Shown piece by piece: positions 37,495 through 46,172 of a stretch of DNA of 64,000 nucleotides (within the stretch, counting starts at the first letter, position 1; every line of letters begins with the position of its first letter). Origin of the DNA: Cyanobacteriota bacterium (GTDB taxonomy: Bacteria > Cyanobacteriota > Cyanobacteriia > PCC-6307 > Cyanobiaceae); assembly GCA_046052125.1 (NCBI GenBank), contig JBJOMY010000003.1:128001-192000 (forward strand), read 5' to 3'. Both the position numbers and the translations under genes were made by a program. Below the pieces are notes generated by a model. That model was given only the letters and a program-made list of their open reading frames with translations, ran no database searches and was not told where the DNA came from.

Positions 37495-37713
37495 TCAGCT
37501 GGCCAGTACGGCAGGGAGCTTGGCCACAGTCAGCCCTGCCGTGCCGGCATCACGGCACAGTGCATCACAGCTTTCGGCTTTGAGCCTCACGGCGCCTGCG
37601 CAGATGAGATCCCAGGTGCTGGTTTCGAAGTGCGTTTGCAGCCAGAGCATGCCGATCACGGAGCGGGGCAGCAGCTGGTAGCTATCGCCCTTGGGGGTGA
37701 GGCTCAGATCCAT
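37495..37713 (-). CDS. Conserved picocyanobacterial small protein
   Basis: MDLSL...PRSVIGMLWLQTHFE...W...DAGTAGL, 72 aa. Confidence 0.65.
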   Translation of the reverse strand: MDLSLTPKGDSYQLLPRSVIGMLWLQTHFETSTWDLICAGAVRLKAESCDALCRDAGTAGLTVAKLPAVLAS

Positions 37714-37736
37714 TTGGCAGCTAAGCATCGCGCAAC

Positions 37737-37766
37737 AAAAAACCTCCCCCCATTGCAGGGGGAGGT
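37737..37766 (-). terminator. Rho-independent terminator of the DUF4278 gene
   Basis: 9-bp stem ACCTCCCCC/GGGGGAGGT followed by a U tract on the minus strand. Confidence 0.8.
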
Positions 37767-37813
37767 CGATTGGCCTGTTGTTGCGACAGGCACCGAAATC
37801 GGTTTTGAGGCGA

Positions 37814-38029
37814 TCAGCCCTGGTTCACCTGCTGGGCAGCCTCGGCCTGGCGGTGGTGGTAGGTGTGGCCGCGGTACTGCAGCTCCACCTCGGTGTCGAC
37901 GTCAGCCGCTTCATGGCGCAGGGGTGCGTCGTAGTGCTGGCCGCGATAGGCGTGGTCTACCGGCTGGGGGCTCGGCTGTTCGTGGGTGGCGTTGTCGTAG
38001 CTAACGCCGCGGTACTGGAGTTTGGTCAT
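37814..38029 (-). CDS. DUF4278-domain small protein (related to the IF17/GifB N-terminal domain)
   Basis: Three YRGxxY repeats: LQYRGVSY, HAYRGQHY, LQYRGHTY. Confidence 0.85.
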   Translation of the reverse strand: MTKLQYRGVSYDNATHEQPSPQPVDHAYRGQHYDAPLRHEAADVDTEVELQYRGHTYHHRQAEAAQQVNQG

Positions 38030-38092
38030 TGGATTGGGCCTCGAAGGGTGGCTTGAAGATCTGCTGGGCAGATGGTCCGCTTCGTGGGAAGG

Positions 38093-38160
38093 AGCGTTGC
38101 TTCGCCGTGCGGTGGGCTACTTCCGGTGAACCAGGGCCCTGGGGCGGCTCACCCAACGTT
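38093..38160 (-). ncRNA. Glutamine riboswitch, type I (glnA motif)
   Basis: Minus strand CGUUG-[GGUGAGCC...GGUUCACC]-GGAAGUA-[GCC...GGC]-GAAGCAACG gives P1, P2, E-loop and P3 of the glnA aptamer; lies in the leader of a DUF4278 gene. Confidence 0.9.
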
Positions 38161-38324
38161 TTGTCCTTCTAGAAGTGTTTTACCGAGGCTTTGCTGTTCA
38201 TGGTGAACGCTTGGCCGGTTTCTTCGTATTCCTATGTGCTTGAAATGCGTAGCGAGTCGAACTGATCTTGCTGAAAACCATTGGTGCACGGGTCTTATAG
38301 CTCCAAAAAATCCTTTTGGGTTTT

Positions 38325-38338
38325 GTTGTTTTTGATAC
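38325..38338 (+). promoter_or_regulatory. Candidate NtcA site upstream of amt1
   Basis: GTT-N8-TAC (one mismatch to GTA-N8-TAC), then 22 nt, then AATCAT. Confidence 0.45.
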
Positions 38339-38423
38339 GGCTCTTGGTGCCGTTGTCTCGAATCATTGCCTCCAAGGCGGCCCTGGCTAGCCCTCGGCCC
38401 CGATGTTCAGCCCTTCCGCATTC

Positions 38424-39869
38424 ATGACTGTTACCTCGCCCTCTTCTCGGCGCCGGCCGAGGAGTTTGCAGGAAGCGAGTCTGTTGGAGGCGCCCGAGCT
38501 GCTGCTGCGCAAGCTGCGAGGGTTCTCGTCCAACCGCACGCTCACCTGGCTGGCCTGTGTTCCCATCGCCTTGATGGGTCTGGGTCTGTTCAACCTGGCC
38601 GCCCATGCCGCCGAGCTTCCTGAGCTCACTCCGGCATTCCTGGCCAACAACATGTTCCTGTTGATCTGCGCCGCTCTAGTGATCTTCATGAACGCCGGCT
38701 TCGCCATGGTGGAAGCCGGTATGTGCCGCCAGAAGAACGCTGTCAACATCCTGGCCAAGAACCTGATCGTCTTCGCCCTGGCGGTGACGGCCTACTGGTT
38801 CATCGGCTACAAGATCATGTATAACGCCAGCTGGGTGATTCCCGGTTGGTTCAAGTTCGGCGGCCTGTTCTTTGACCCCACCGTGACCCCTGAGATGGTC
38901 ACCGAGGGCAAGCTGGTCCCCAGCGTTGACTTCCTCTTCCAGGCAGCTTTCGCCGGCACCGCCGCCACGATCGTGTCCGGCCTCGTGGCTGAGCGCATCA
39001 AGTTTGGCGAGTTCGTGATCTTCTCGCTGGTGCTGGTGGGGATCCTCTATCCCATCTCCGGCTCCTGGCAGTGGAACGTTGGTGAGGGCTGGCTCAACAA
39101 GCTCGGCTTCATCGATTTCGCCGGCTCCACCGTGGTGCACTCCTTCGGTGCCTGGGCTGGTTTGATCGGCGCCATGCTGCTCGGCCCCCGCATCGGCAAG
39201 TTTGTGGATGGCAAAACCCAGGCCATCCCGGGTCACAACCTGGCGATCGCCACCCTGGGCTGCCTGATCCTCTGGCTCGGCTGGTACGGCTTCAACCCCG
39301 GTTCCTGGCTGTCCATGGCCCCTGAGGTGCCTTACATCGCCGTCACCACCACCCTCGGCGCAGCCGGCGGCGGCATCGCTGCCACCCTGCTCAGCCAGTT
39401 CACTGGTGGTAAGCCCGACCTCACCATGACCATCAACGGCATCCTCGCCGGTCTGGTGGGTGTGACCGCCGGTTGCGATGGCTTCTCGATGCCTGCTGCC
39501 TGGGTGGTGGGTTTCATCGCCGGCATCCTCGTGGTGTTCTCCGTGGGTTGGCTCGACTCCCTCAAGATCGACGACCCCGTTGGCGCCTTCTCTGTGCACG
39601 GCACCTGCGGCATCTGGGCCACCCTGGCGGTGGGCCTGTTCAACGCCGATAAGGGTCTGCTCACCGGCCACGGCTTCAACCAGCTCGGCATTCAGATCGT
39701 TGGTGTGCTGGCCTTCGCGATCTTCGCGATCGTGAGCAGCTTCATCGTCTGGTCGATCATCGGCGCCATCTTTGGCGGCATCCGTGTCACCGAGAAGGAA
39801 GAGGTGGAAGGTCTCGACATCGGCGAGCACGGCATGGAGGCCTATCCCGATTTCGCTTCGGCGAAGTGA
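38424..39869 (+). CDS. amt1: Ammonium transporter Amt1
   Basis: [40 protein letters not shown]; picocyanobacterial-type long N-terminus. Confidence 0.93.
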   Translation: MTVTSPSSRRRPRSLQEASLLEAPELLLRKLRGFSSNRTLTWLACVPIALMGLGLFNLAAHAAELPELTPAFLANNMFLLICAALVIFMNAGFAMVEAGMCRQKNAVNILAKNLIVFALAVTAYWFIGYKIMYNASWVIPGWFKFGGLFFDPTVTPEMVTEGKLVPSVDFLFQAAFAGTAATIVSGLVAERIKFGEFVIFSLVLVGILYPISGSWQWNVGEGWLNKLGFIDFAGSTVVHSFGAWAGLIGAMLLGPRIGKFVDGKTQAIPGHNLAIATLGCLILWLGWYGFNPGSWLSMAPEVPYIAVTTTLGAAGGGIAATLLSQFTGGKPDLTMTINGILAGLVGVTAGCDGFSMPAAWVVGFIAGILVVFSVGWLDSLKIDDPVGAFSVHGTCGIWATLAVGLFNADKGLLTGHGFNQLGIQIVGVLAFAIFAIVSSFIVWSIIGAIFGGIRVTEKEEVEGLDIGEHGMEAYPDFASAK

Positions 39870-39894
39870 TCCTTCACTTCTGCTGACGCTTCAG

Positions 39895-39917
39895 GCCCGC
39901 CGAAAGGCGGGCTTTTT
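39895..39917 (+). terminator. Rho-independent terminator of amt1
   Basis: GCCCGCC-GAAA-GGCGGGC-TTTTT. Confidence 0.88.
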
Positions 39918-39943
39918 GCTGTTCTCTGGCAACCTAAGGGCAC

Positions 39944-40291
39944 TTGCACACGCCGGTTGTGGCCTGCCCCAATTGCGGCGCGCGCCTGGTGTCTGTCTCT
40001 ACGCAGCCGCCGATCCGGCTGATCTGCGCGCAGTGCGGCCGCCCGTTGCCGGTGAAGCCTCCGCTGCCCCTCTATCTGTGGCTGAAGCTCAACGCCCGCC
40101 GCTGGATTGTGCTGCTGGTTGTGTTGGTGCTCCCTTTGGTGATGCTCAGCCTCACCCCTCAAGAGAGGCCCGCTGCCGATCGGCTGGAGCGGCCCCGTCT
40201 GGGGCGTGTCATGACTGGGCGCGGGCTCCAGGGAAGTCAGAGAAGAACAACCCGGTCAACCGGCTTGGGTGAGCGTCCTTCTCATCGCTGA
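39944..40291 (+). CDS. Zinc-ribbon single-TM small protein 1
   Basis: CPNCGARL...CAQCGRPL followed by a hydrophobic helix; TTG start. Confidence 0.55.
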   Translation: MHTPVVACPNCGARLVSVSTQPPIRLICAQCGRPLPVKPPLPLYLWLKLNARRWIVLLVVLVLPLVMLSLTPQERPAADRLERPRLGRVMTGRGLQGSQRRTTRSTGLGERPSHR

Positions 40292-40368
40292 ATCAGCCAA
40301 AGCGTTCATTTCGGACAGTCAGGCGCGCGCTCCGCAATCAGCGTGGTGGTCCCCAGTGCATCGAGCCT

Positions 40369-40626
40369 GTGTCCTGCGGTTATTGCGGCGAACGGCTAAT
40401 CAGTAAAACCTCGGAAGGCCTCACCTGCTGCGGTTGCGGCAGGCCCCTCGAGCAAACCCGCCCTCAGAAGCCTCAAACCCTTTCGGGTAAGTCGCTGATG
40501 GTGTTCAGCCTCTGGGTGATGGCAGCCCTGCCGTTCGTGGGTGCCATCGCGGCAACGGATCAACTCCGCTCCGGCGTGCTTGCTCCTGAGATGGCCGAAT
40601 CTCAGGAGCATCACTCGGCTGAATGA
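40369..40626 (+). CDS. Zinc-ribbon single-TM small protein 2
   Basis: CGYCGERL...CCGCGRPL followed by a hydrophobic helix; GTG start. Confidence 0.55.
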   Translation: MSCGYCGERLISKTSEGLTCCGCGRPLEQTRPQKPQTLSGKSLMVFSLWVMAALPFVGAIAATDQLRSGVLAPEMAESQEHHSAE

Positions 40627-40628
40627 GC

Positions 40629-43394
40629 TCAGGCGTGGGTGCTGGCCTGGCGGCGCCACTGCCGCCAGATCTTCTCCAGCTCCAGATAGAGGAAGAACAG
40701 CAGGCTGAAGCCCACGCACACCCCCAGATCGGAAGCCGCCAGCGGTGTGGTGCCGAAGAACGCTGAGAGCGCCGGCACGTAGAGCAGCAGCAATTGCAGG
40801 CCAGTGGTGAGCACCACGGCCCAGAGCAGCCACGGGTTGGAGAAGGGCGCCACCTGCATGAGGGGCAGATCGCTGCGGGCCGAAAGCGCGTGGCCCATCT
40901 GCGCCAGGCAGAGGGTGGTGAACACCATCGTTTTCCAGTGATCGCCGCTGTGACCGGAGGCGTAGAGCATCAGGCCGATCACGATCACCGCGAACACGAT
41001 GCCGATGCGGATGATGTAGCGCCCGATGCCCCGGGCGAAGATCGATTCACCGGGTTCTGCCGGTGCTTTTTCCATTAGGCCTTGTTCACCGGGTTCGAGG
41101 GCGAGGGCCAGGGCCGGCACGCCATCGGTCACCAGGTTCATCCAGAGGATCTGCAGGGGCGAGAGCGGCACGCCCACCAGCCCCAGCAGCGGCGCCGAGG
41201 CGATGGTGATGAGCTCGCCCACGTTGCTGCCCAGGATGTATTTCACGAAGCGGCGGATGTTGGCGTACACCAATCGCCCCTCCTCCACGGCATTCACGAT
41301 CGTGGCGAAGTTGTCATCGAGCAGCACCATGTCGGCTGCTTCCTTGCTCACCTCCGTTCCGGTGATGCCCATGGCCACACCGATGTGAGCCTGCTTGAGG
41401 GCTGGCGCGTCATTCACGCCGTCGCCCGTCATCGCCACCACCTGGCCGTTGGCCTGCAGCGCCTTCACGATCCGCAGCTTCTGCTCGGGCGCCACCCGCG
41501 CGTACACGCTGCAGCGCGCCACCGCCTCCCGCAGGGCGGGCTCTTCCATCGCTTCCAGCTCGCGGCCCAGGATCACTTCACCGTTGGCGTCGGTGAGGCC
41601 GATGGCGGTGCCGATCGCCCGGGCGGTGAGCGGGTGGTCGCCGGTGATCATCACAGGGCGGATGCCGGCCTGGCGGCAGGTGGCAACTGCCGTGGCCACC
41701 TCCGGCCGTGCCGGATCCAGCTGCGCCATCAGGCCCAACAGCACCTGCCCTTCGAGCTCGTCTTCTGGGCTGTGGTGATGCGGCGCGCAGGCGAAGGCCA
41801 GCACGCGCAGACCGGAGGCGGCCAGTTCGCGGGCTTGATTCAGCCACCACTGTTTATGGTCTTCCGTGAGCGCCACCACGCCGGAGCCATCGATCCAGCG
41901 ATCGCACAGGCCGATGATCACTTCAGGGGCGCCCTTGCTGATCAGCAACCGCGACGATCCACTGGCACTGCTGCCGAGGGGGCCCTGCAGCTCGGCGCGG
42001 GGATCCTCGATCCATACCGCCATCAGCTGGCGCTCGGAGCTGAAGGGGATTTCGGCGGCCCGAGGGTAATGGCTGCGCAGCTCGAAATCATCGATACCCG
42101 CCTTCAGGGCCACCACCGAGAGGGCGCCTTCGGTGGGATCGCCGAGAATGTCAAAGCTGCCATCAGCCAGCTGCTTGTGCTCGGCATCGCTGCAAAGCAC
42201 TCCGGCCTGCAGCAACAGCGTGCGGGCACCGGCGGCGGTGCCGGCGCTGGCGCCGGCGGGGACGTCCAGGGCGCTGGCGGTCATGCTGCCGCTGGGGTCG
42301 TAACCCTGACCGCTCACGCTCACCCGCTCGGTGCCCACCCGCAGTTCTTGCACCACTTGGCGGTTCTGGGTGAGGGTGCCGGTTTTATCGGAGCAGATCA
42401 CCGTCACCGAGCCCAGACCCTCCACCGCCGGCAGGCGCCGGATCAGCGCGGCGCGGCGCACCATGCGCTGGGTGCCGATGGCCAGGGTCACCGTGATCAC
42501 CGCCGGCAGCCCCTCCGGCACGATCGCCACCGCCATCGATAGCGACACCTCCAGCAGGTTCATCGGGTCTTGCCCGAGCAGCAGGCCAATGCCCACCACC
42601 ACCGCCACCAGGGCCAGGGCGCTGGACACCAGCACCTTCGCTAGTCCGTCGAGGCGCTCCTGCAGCGGGGTGCTTTCGCCACCAGCCGTGTTGATCAGCT
42701 CGGCGATTTGTCCGAGCTCGGTGGCCATGCCGGTGGCGCTCACCAGGGCCACTCCGCGGCCACGCACCACTTCGGTGCCCTGGAACAGGCAGTTCTGCCG
42801 CTCCAGCACTGGCGTGCCTTCCTCCAGCACAAGATCGGCCTTCTTGAACACCGCTTCGGCTTCACCGGTGAGCGCTGCTTCGCGCACGCCCAGATCGGCG
42901 GCCTCCAGCAGGCGGGCATCGGCGGGCACGCGATCGCCGGCCTCGAGCCGGATCAGATCGCCGGGCACCAGCTCTTCGCTGCCCACCCGTTGCCACTGGC
43001 CATCACGGCGCACTTGCACCATGGGTTGCGCCATATCGCGCAGGGCCAGCAGGGCTTGCTGGGCCTTGCTTTCCTGCAGGTAGCCCAGCAGGCCGTTGAG
43101 CACCACGATCACCAAGATCGCGATCGCATCTTTGGGGAATTCCTTTTGATGCAGCGATACCGCCGCAGAAACCGCCGCCACCGCCAGCAACATGATCAGC
43201 ATCACGTTGCTGAACTGATCCCAGAGGATCTCCCAGGTGCTGCGGCCCTCGGAGAGCTCGAGCTTGTTGGGGCCCGATTCGGCAAGTCGCCGGGCTGTTT
43301 CGGCCGTGCTCAGACCCTCGGGGCTGGCATTCAGCTGCTCCAGGCAGGCCTCGGGGGCCAGGGCGTGGCAGCTCAGGGCGTCTGAGCGGTTCAA
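40629..43394 (-). CDS. Cation-transporting P-type ATPase (type II, PacL/Ca2+-ATPase-like)
   Basis: LTGE, PEGLP, DKTGTLT, KGAPE, MITGD, TGDGVNDAP, WMNLVTD. Confidence 0.92.
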   Translation of the reverse strand: MNRSDALSCHALAPEACLEQLNASPEGLSTAETARRLAESGPNKLELSEGRSTWEILWDQFSNVMLIMLLAVAAVSAAVSLHQKEFPKDAIAILVIVVLNGLLGYLQESKAQQALLALRDMAQPMVQVRRDGQWQRVGSEELVPGDLIRLEAGDRVPADARLLEAADLGVREAALTGEAEAVFKKADLVLEEGTPVLERQNCLFQGTEVVRGRGVALVSATGMATELGQIAELINTAGGESTPLQERLDGLAKVLVSSALALVAVVVGIGLLLGQDPMNLLEVSLSMAVAIVPEGLPAVITVTLAIGTQRMVRRAALIRRLPAVEGLGSVTVICSDKTGTLTQNRQVVQELRVGTERVSVSGQGYDPSGSMTASALDVPAGASAGTAAGARTLLLQAGVLCSDAEHKQLADGSFDILGDPTEGALSVVALKAGIDDFELRSHYPRAAEIPFSSERQLMAVWIEDPRAELQGPLGSSASGSSRLLISKGAPEVIIGLCDRWIDGSGVVALTEDHKQWWLNQARELAASGLRVLAFACAPHHHSPEDELEGQVLLGLMAQLDPARPEVATAVATCRQAGIRPVMITGDHPLTARAIGTAIGLTDANGEVILGRELEAMEEPALREAVARCSVYARVAPEQKLRIVKALQANGQVVAMTGDGVNDAPALKQAHIGVAMGITGTEVSKEAADMVLLDDNFATIVNAVEEGRLVYANIRRFVKYILGSNVGELITIASAPLLGLVGVPLSPLQILWMNLVTDGVPALALALEPGEQGLMEKAPAEPGESIFARGIGRYIIRIGIVFAVIVIGLMLYASGHSGDHWKTMVFTTLCLAQMGHALSARSDLPLMQVAPFSNPWLLWAVVLTTGLQLLLLYVPALSAFFGTTPLAASDLGVCVGFSLLFFLYLELEKIWRQWRRQASTHA

Positions 43395-43450
43395 GTCAGT
43401 CCGGATGTAGCTGTCAAAAGATAGAAGTGGGGTGTTGGACTTTGGGAATG

Positions 43451-43464
43451 GTTACAGCCGATAC
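43451..43464 (+). promoter_or_regulatory. Candidate NtcA site upstream of amtB
   Basis: GTT-ACAGCCGA-TAC(A), then 22 nt, then GATGTT. Confidence 0.45.
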
Positions 43465-43525
43465 ACAGGCGGTGCAGTGATCCGCGGATGTTGGGCTGGA
43501 TTCCCAAGGAGGATCTCTCTCTCCC

Positions 43526-44980
43526 ATGACCCACGTCCCGAGAGCGGTTGGCGGTGGTCCCACACCCATCGCAGTTTTTGATCACTTCCGAACCCGGGCT
43601 CTGGCCAAGGTTCAGGAGCCTGAGCTGAAGCGCTACGCGGTGATGCTGCTGGCCTTCGGTGCCGGCCTGCTGCCCCTGATGGCCGGTGGCGCCAAGGCGG
43701 CGCTGGCCAAGGTGCCCACCGATGGCGCCGACACCCTGCTGATGCTGATGGGTTCAGCGCTGGTGCTGCTGATGACCCCCGGCCTGGCGTTCTTCTACGG
43801 CGGCTTCACCCGCGCCAAGAACGTGCTCAACACGATGATGATGAGCTTCTTCCTGATGGGGCTCATCGGGGTGCTGTGGGTGGTGGTGGGCTACTCGCTG
43901 GCCTTCGACACCGGCTTCGGCAGCCCCTTCATCGGCGGCCTTGGCCAGATGTGGCTCAACGGCGTGGGCGGTGAGCTGGGCGATGCGCCCTTGGCCGATG
44001 GTTTTGCCATCTCGGCCTCCTCGTTTGCCCTCTTCCAGGGCATGTTCGCGATCATCACGCCGGCGTTGATCTCCGGCGCCCTGGTGGAGCGGATCAACTT
44101 CAAAGCCTGGTTCTGGTTCTCCCTGCTCTGGAGCCTGTTCATCTACTGCCCGATGGCCAAGATGGTCTGGGGTGGCGGCTACATCGGCCCCTTCGGTGAA
44201 ATCGGCGCCATCGACTTCGCTGGCGGCACCGTGGTGCACATCGCCGCCGGTGTGGGTGCTCTGGTGGCCACCGCGATCGTGGGTCCGCGCAGCGGCTTCC
44301 CCGACAGCAAGCGCCCTCCCCACAACGTGCCCTTCATCCTGTTGGGCGCTGGTCTGCTCTGGTTCGGTTGGTTTGGCTTCAACGGCGCCAGCTACTTCGC
44401 CGCCAAGGGTGCGGGTCTCTCCTTCCTCACCACCACCCTCTCGGCTTCGGCCGCGATGCTCACCTGGTGCCTGATCGAGTGGTTCCGTGATGGCAAGCCC
44501 ACCGCCGTGGGCGCTGCTACCGGCGCCGTGGCTGGTCTGGTGGGGATCACCCCCGCTGCCGGTTTCGTGTACATGCCTCAGGCGCTGATCATCGGCGTCG
44601 CCACGGCCGCTGCTTGCTACATCGCTGTGCAGGTGAAGTCGGCGATCAACTTCGATGATTCGCTGGATGCCTACGCCGTTCACGGTGTGGGCGGCACCAT
44701 TGGCGCGCTGCTCACCGGTTTGCTGGCGGTGCCGGCCCTGGTACCTGCGGATTACTTCCCCAAATCGGCCGAGATCCTTGCCAGCGGCGGTAACGGCGCC
44801 CTGTTTGTGGCGCACATCAAGGCTGTGCTCATCTCCTATGGCTTTGTGGGCATTGGCACCGCGATCATCCTCTGGATCGTTGGCGCCACCTGCGGTCTGC
44901 GGGTGTCTCCCCAGGAGGAAGAGCGCGGACTCGACTTCGTGGCCCATGGCGAAGAGGCCTACGACCCCATGACCTACTGA
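43526..44980 (+). CDS. amtB: Ammonium transporter, AmtB-type
   Basis: LMTPGLAFFYGG, FQGMFAIITPAL, DFAGGTVVH, PHN, WFGWFGFN, DDSLD..AVHG. Start uncertain. Confidence 0.9.
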   Translation: MTHVPRAVGGGPTPIAVFDHFRTRALAKVQEPELKRYAVMLLAFGAGLLPLMAGGAKAALAKVPTDGADTLLMLMGSALVLLMTPGLAFFYGGFTRAKNVLNTMMMSFFLMGLIGVLWVVVGYSLAFDTGFGSPFIGGLGQMWLNGVGGELGDAPLADGFAISASSFALFQGMFAIITPALISGALVERINFKAWFWFSLLWSLFIYCPMAKMVWGGGYIGPFGEIGAIDFAGGTVVHIAAGVGALVATAIVGPRSGFPDSKRPPHNVPFILLGAGLLWFGWFGFNGASYFAAKGAGLSFLTTTLSASAAMLTWCLIEWFRDGKPTAVGAATGAVAGLVGITPAAGFVYMPQALIIGVATAAACYIAVQVKSAINFDDSLDAYAVHGVGGTIGALLTGLLAVPALVPADYFPKSAEILASGGNGALFVAHIKAVLISYGFVGIGTAIILWIVGATCGLRVSPQEEERGLDFVAHGEEAYDPMTY

Positions 44981-44993
44981 GGCCTCGAACCAG

Positions 44994-45332
44994 ATGAAAC
45001 AGATCAAAGCGGTCGTGCGTCCCAGCAAGGTGGACGCCGTGAAAAACGCCTTGGTGGCCATCGATGTGCAGGGCATGACCATCTGCGACGCTCGTGGCTT
45101 CGGCCGTCAGCGCGGCCAGGTGGAGCGCTACCGGGGCAACGAGTTCCGGGTGGACTTCATCCCTAAGGTGCAGATCACCGCGGTGGTTGACGATGACCGG
45201 GTGGAAGCGGTGATCACCGCCATCAGCGAAGCAGCCCGCACCGGCGAAATCGGTGACGGCAAGCTCTTCATCTCCTCGGTGGATGAAGTGGTGCGCATCC
45301 GCACTGGCGATCGCGGCAGCTCGGCTCTCTGA
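44994..45332 (+). CDS. PII signal transduction protein paralog (GlnK-like by context)
   Basis: 112 aa, GFGRQ, T-loop ERYRG, TGEIGDGK, RIRTG; 13 nt after amtB. Confidence 0.92.
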   Translation: MKQIKAVVRPSKVDAVKNALVAIDVQGMTICDARGFGRQRGQVERYRGNEFRVDFIPKVQITAVVDDDRVEAVITAISEAARTGEIGDGKLFISSVDEVVRIRTGDRGSSAL

Positions 45333-45362
45333 GCTTCCTGGCCGCTGAGCTCACAGCGTTCG

Positions 45363-45385
45363 GCCCCCCGATTGGGGGGCTTTTT
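45363..45385 (+). terminator. Rho-independent terminator of amtB-PII
   Basis: GCCCCCC-GATT-GGGGGGC-TTTTT. Confidence 0.85.
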
Positions 45386-45407
45386 GCTGCGCGGATGAAG
45401 CAGCCTT

Positions 45408-46172
45408 TCAGGCGATCTGGCTGAGGAACTGGCGGCTGCGCTCGTGCTGCGGGTGGGTGAAGAACTGCTCGGGCGGCGCCTCTTCCACCACCTGGCCATC
45501 GGCCATGAGCACCACCCGGCTGGCCACCTGGCGGGCGAAGCGCACCTCGTGGGTCACCACCACCATCGTCATGCCGTCGCGGGCCAGCTCCTGCATCACC
45601 GCCAGCACCTCCTGCACCATTTCCGGATCGAGGGCGCTGGTGGGCTCATCGAAGAGCATGATCCGCGGCTCCATGCAGAGCGAGCGGGCGATTGCCACCC
45701 GCTGCTGCTGGCCGCCCGAGAGTTGGCCGGGGTATTTGCGGGCCTGCTCGTGGATGCCCACCCGCTCCAGCAGCTCGAGCGCCTGCTGCTCCACCTCCCG
45801 CTTGGGCCGCTGCCGCACCAGCGTGGGCGCCAGGGTGAGGTTGTCCAGCACCGTGAGGTGGGGGAAGAGGTTGAACTGCTGAAACACCATGCCCACCTCC
45901 CGGCGGATCGCATCGATGTTGCGCACGTCGTTGGAGAGGGGCATGCCATCCACCGCGATCGAGCCCTTCTGGAAATCCTCCAGGGCGTTGAAGGTGCGGA
46001 TGAAGGTGCTTTTGCCGGAGCCCGAGGGGCCCATGATCACCACCACCTCGCCCTGGTGCACGGTGAGGTCCACCCCCCGCAGCGCCTGGAAGCCGTTGGG
46101 ATACCACTTCTCAACCCCGCGGGCTTCGATCATCACGGGGCTGTTGAGGTTGGCGGCAGCAGCGCTGGTCAT
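45408..46172 (-). CDS. Polar amino acid ABC transporter ATPase (AapP/BztD-like)
   Basis: GPSGSGKS, MVFQQFNLFPH, LSGGQQQR, FDEPTSALDPE; ATG 46172 overlaps the upstream stop. Confidence 0.9.
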   Translation of the reverse strand: MTSAAAANLNSPVMIEARGVEKWYPNGFQALRGVDLTVHQGEVVVIMGPSGSGKSTFIRTFNALEDFQKGSIAVDGMPLSNDVRNIDAIRREVGMVFQQFNLFPHLTVLDNLTLAPTLVRQRPKREVEQQALELLERVGIHEQARKYPGQLSGGQQQRVAIARSLCMEPRIMLFDEPTSALDPEMVQEVLAVMQELARDGMTMVVVTHEVRFARQVASRVVLMADGQVVEEAPPEQFFTHPQHERSRQFLSQIA

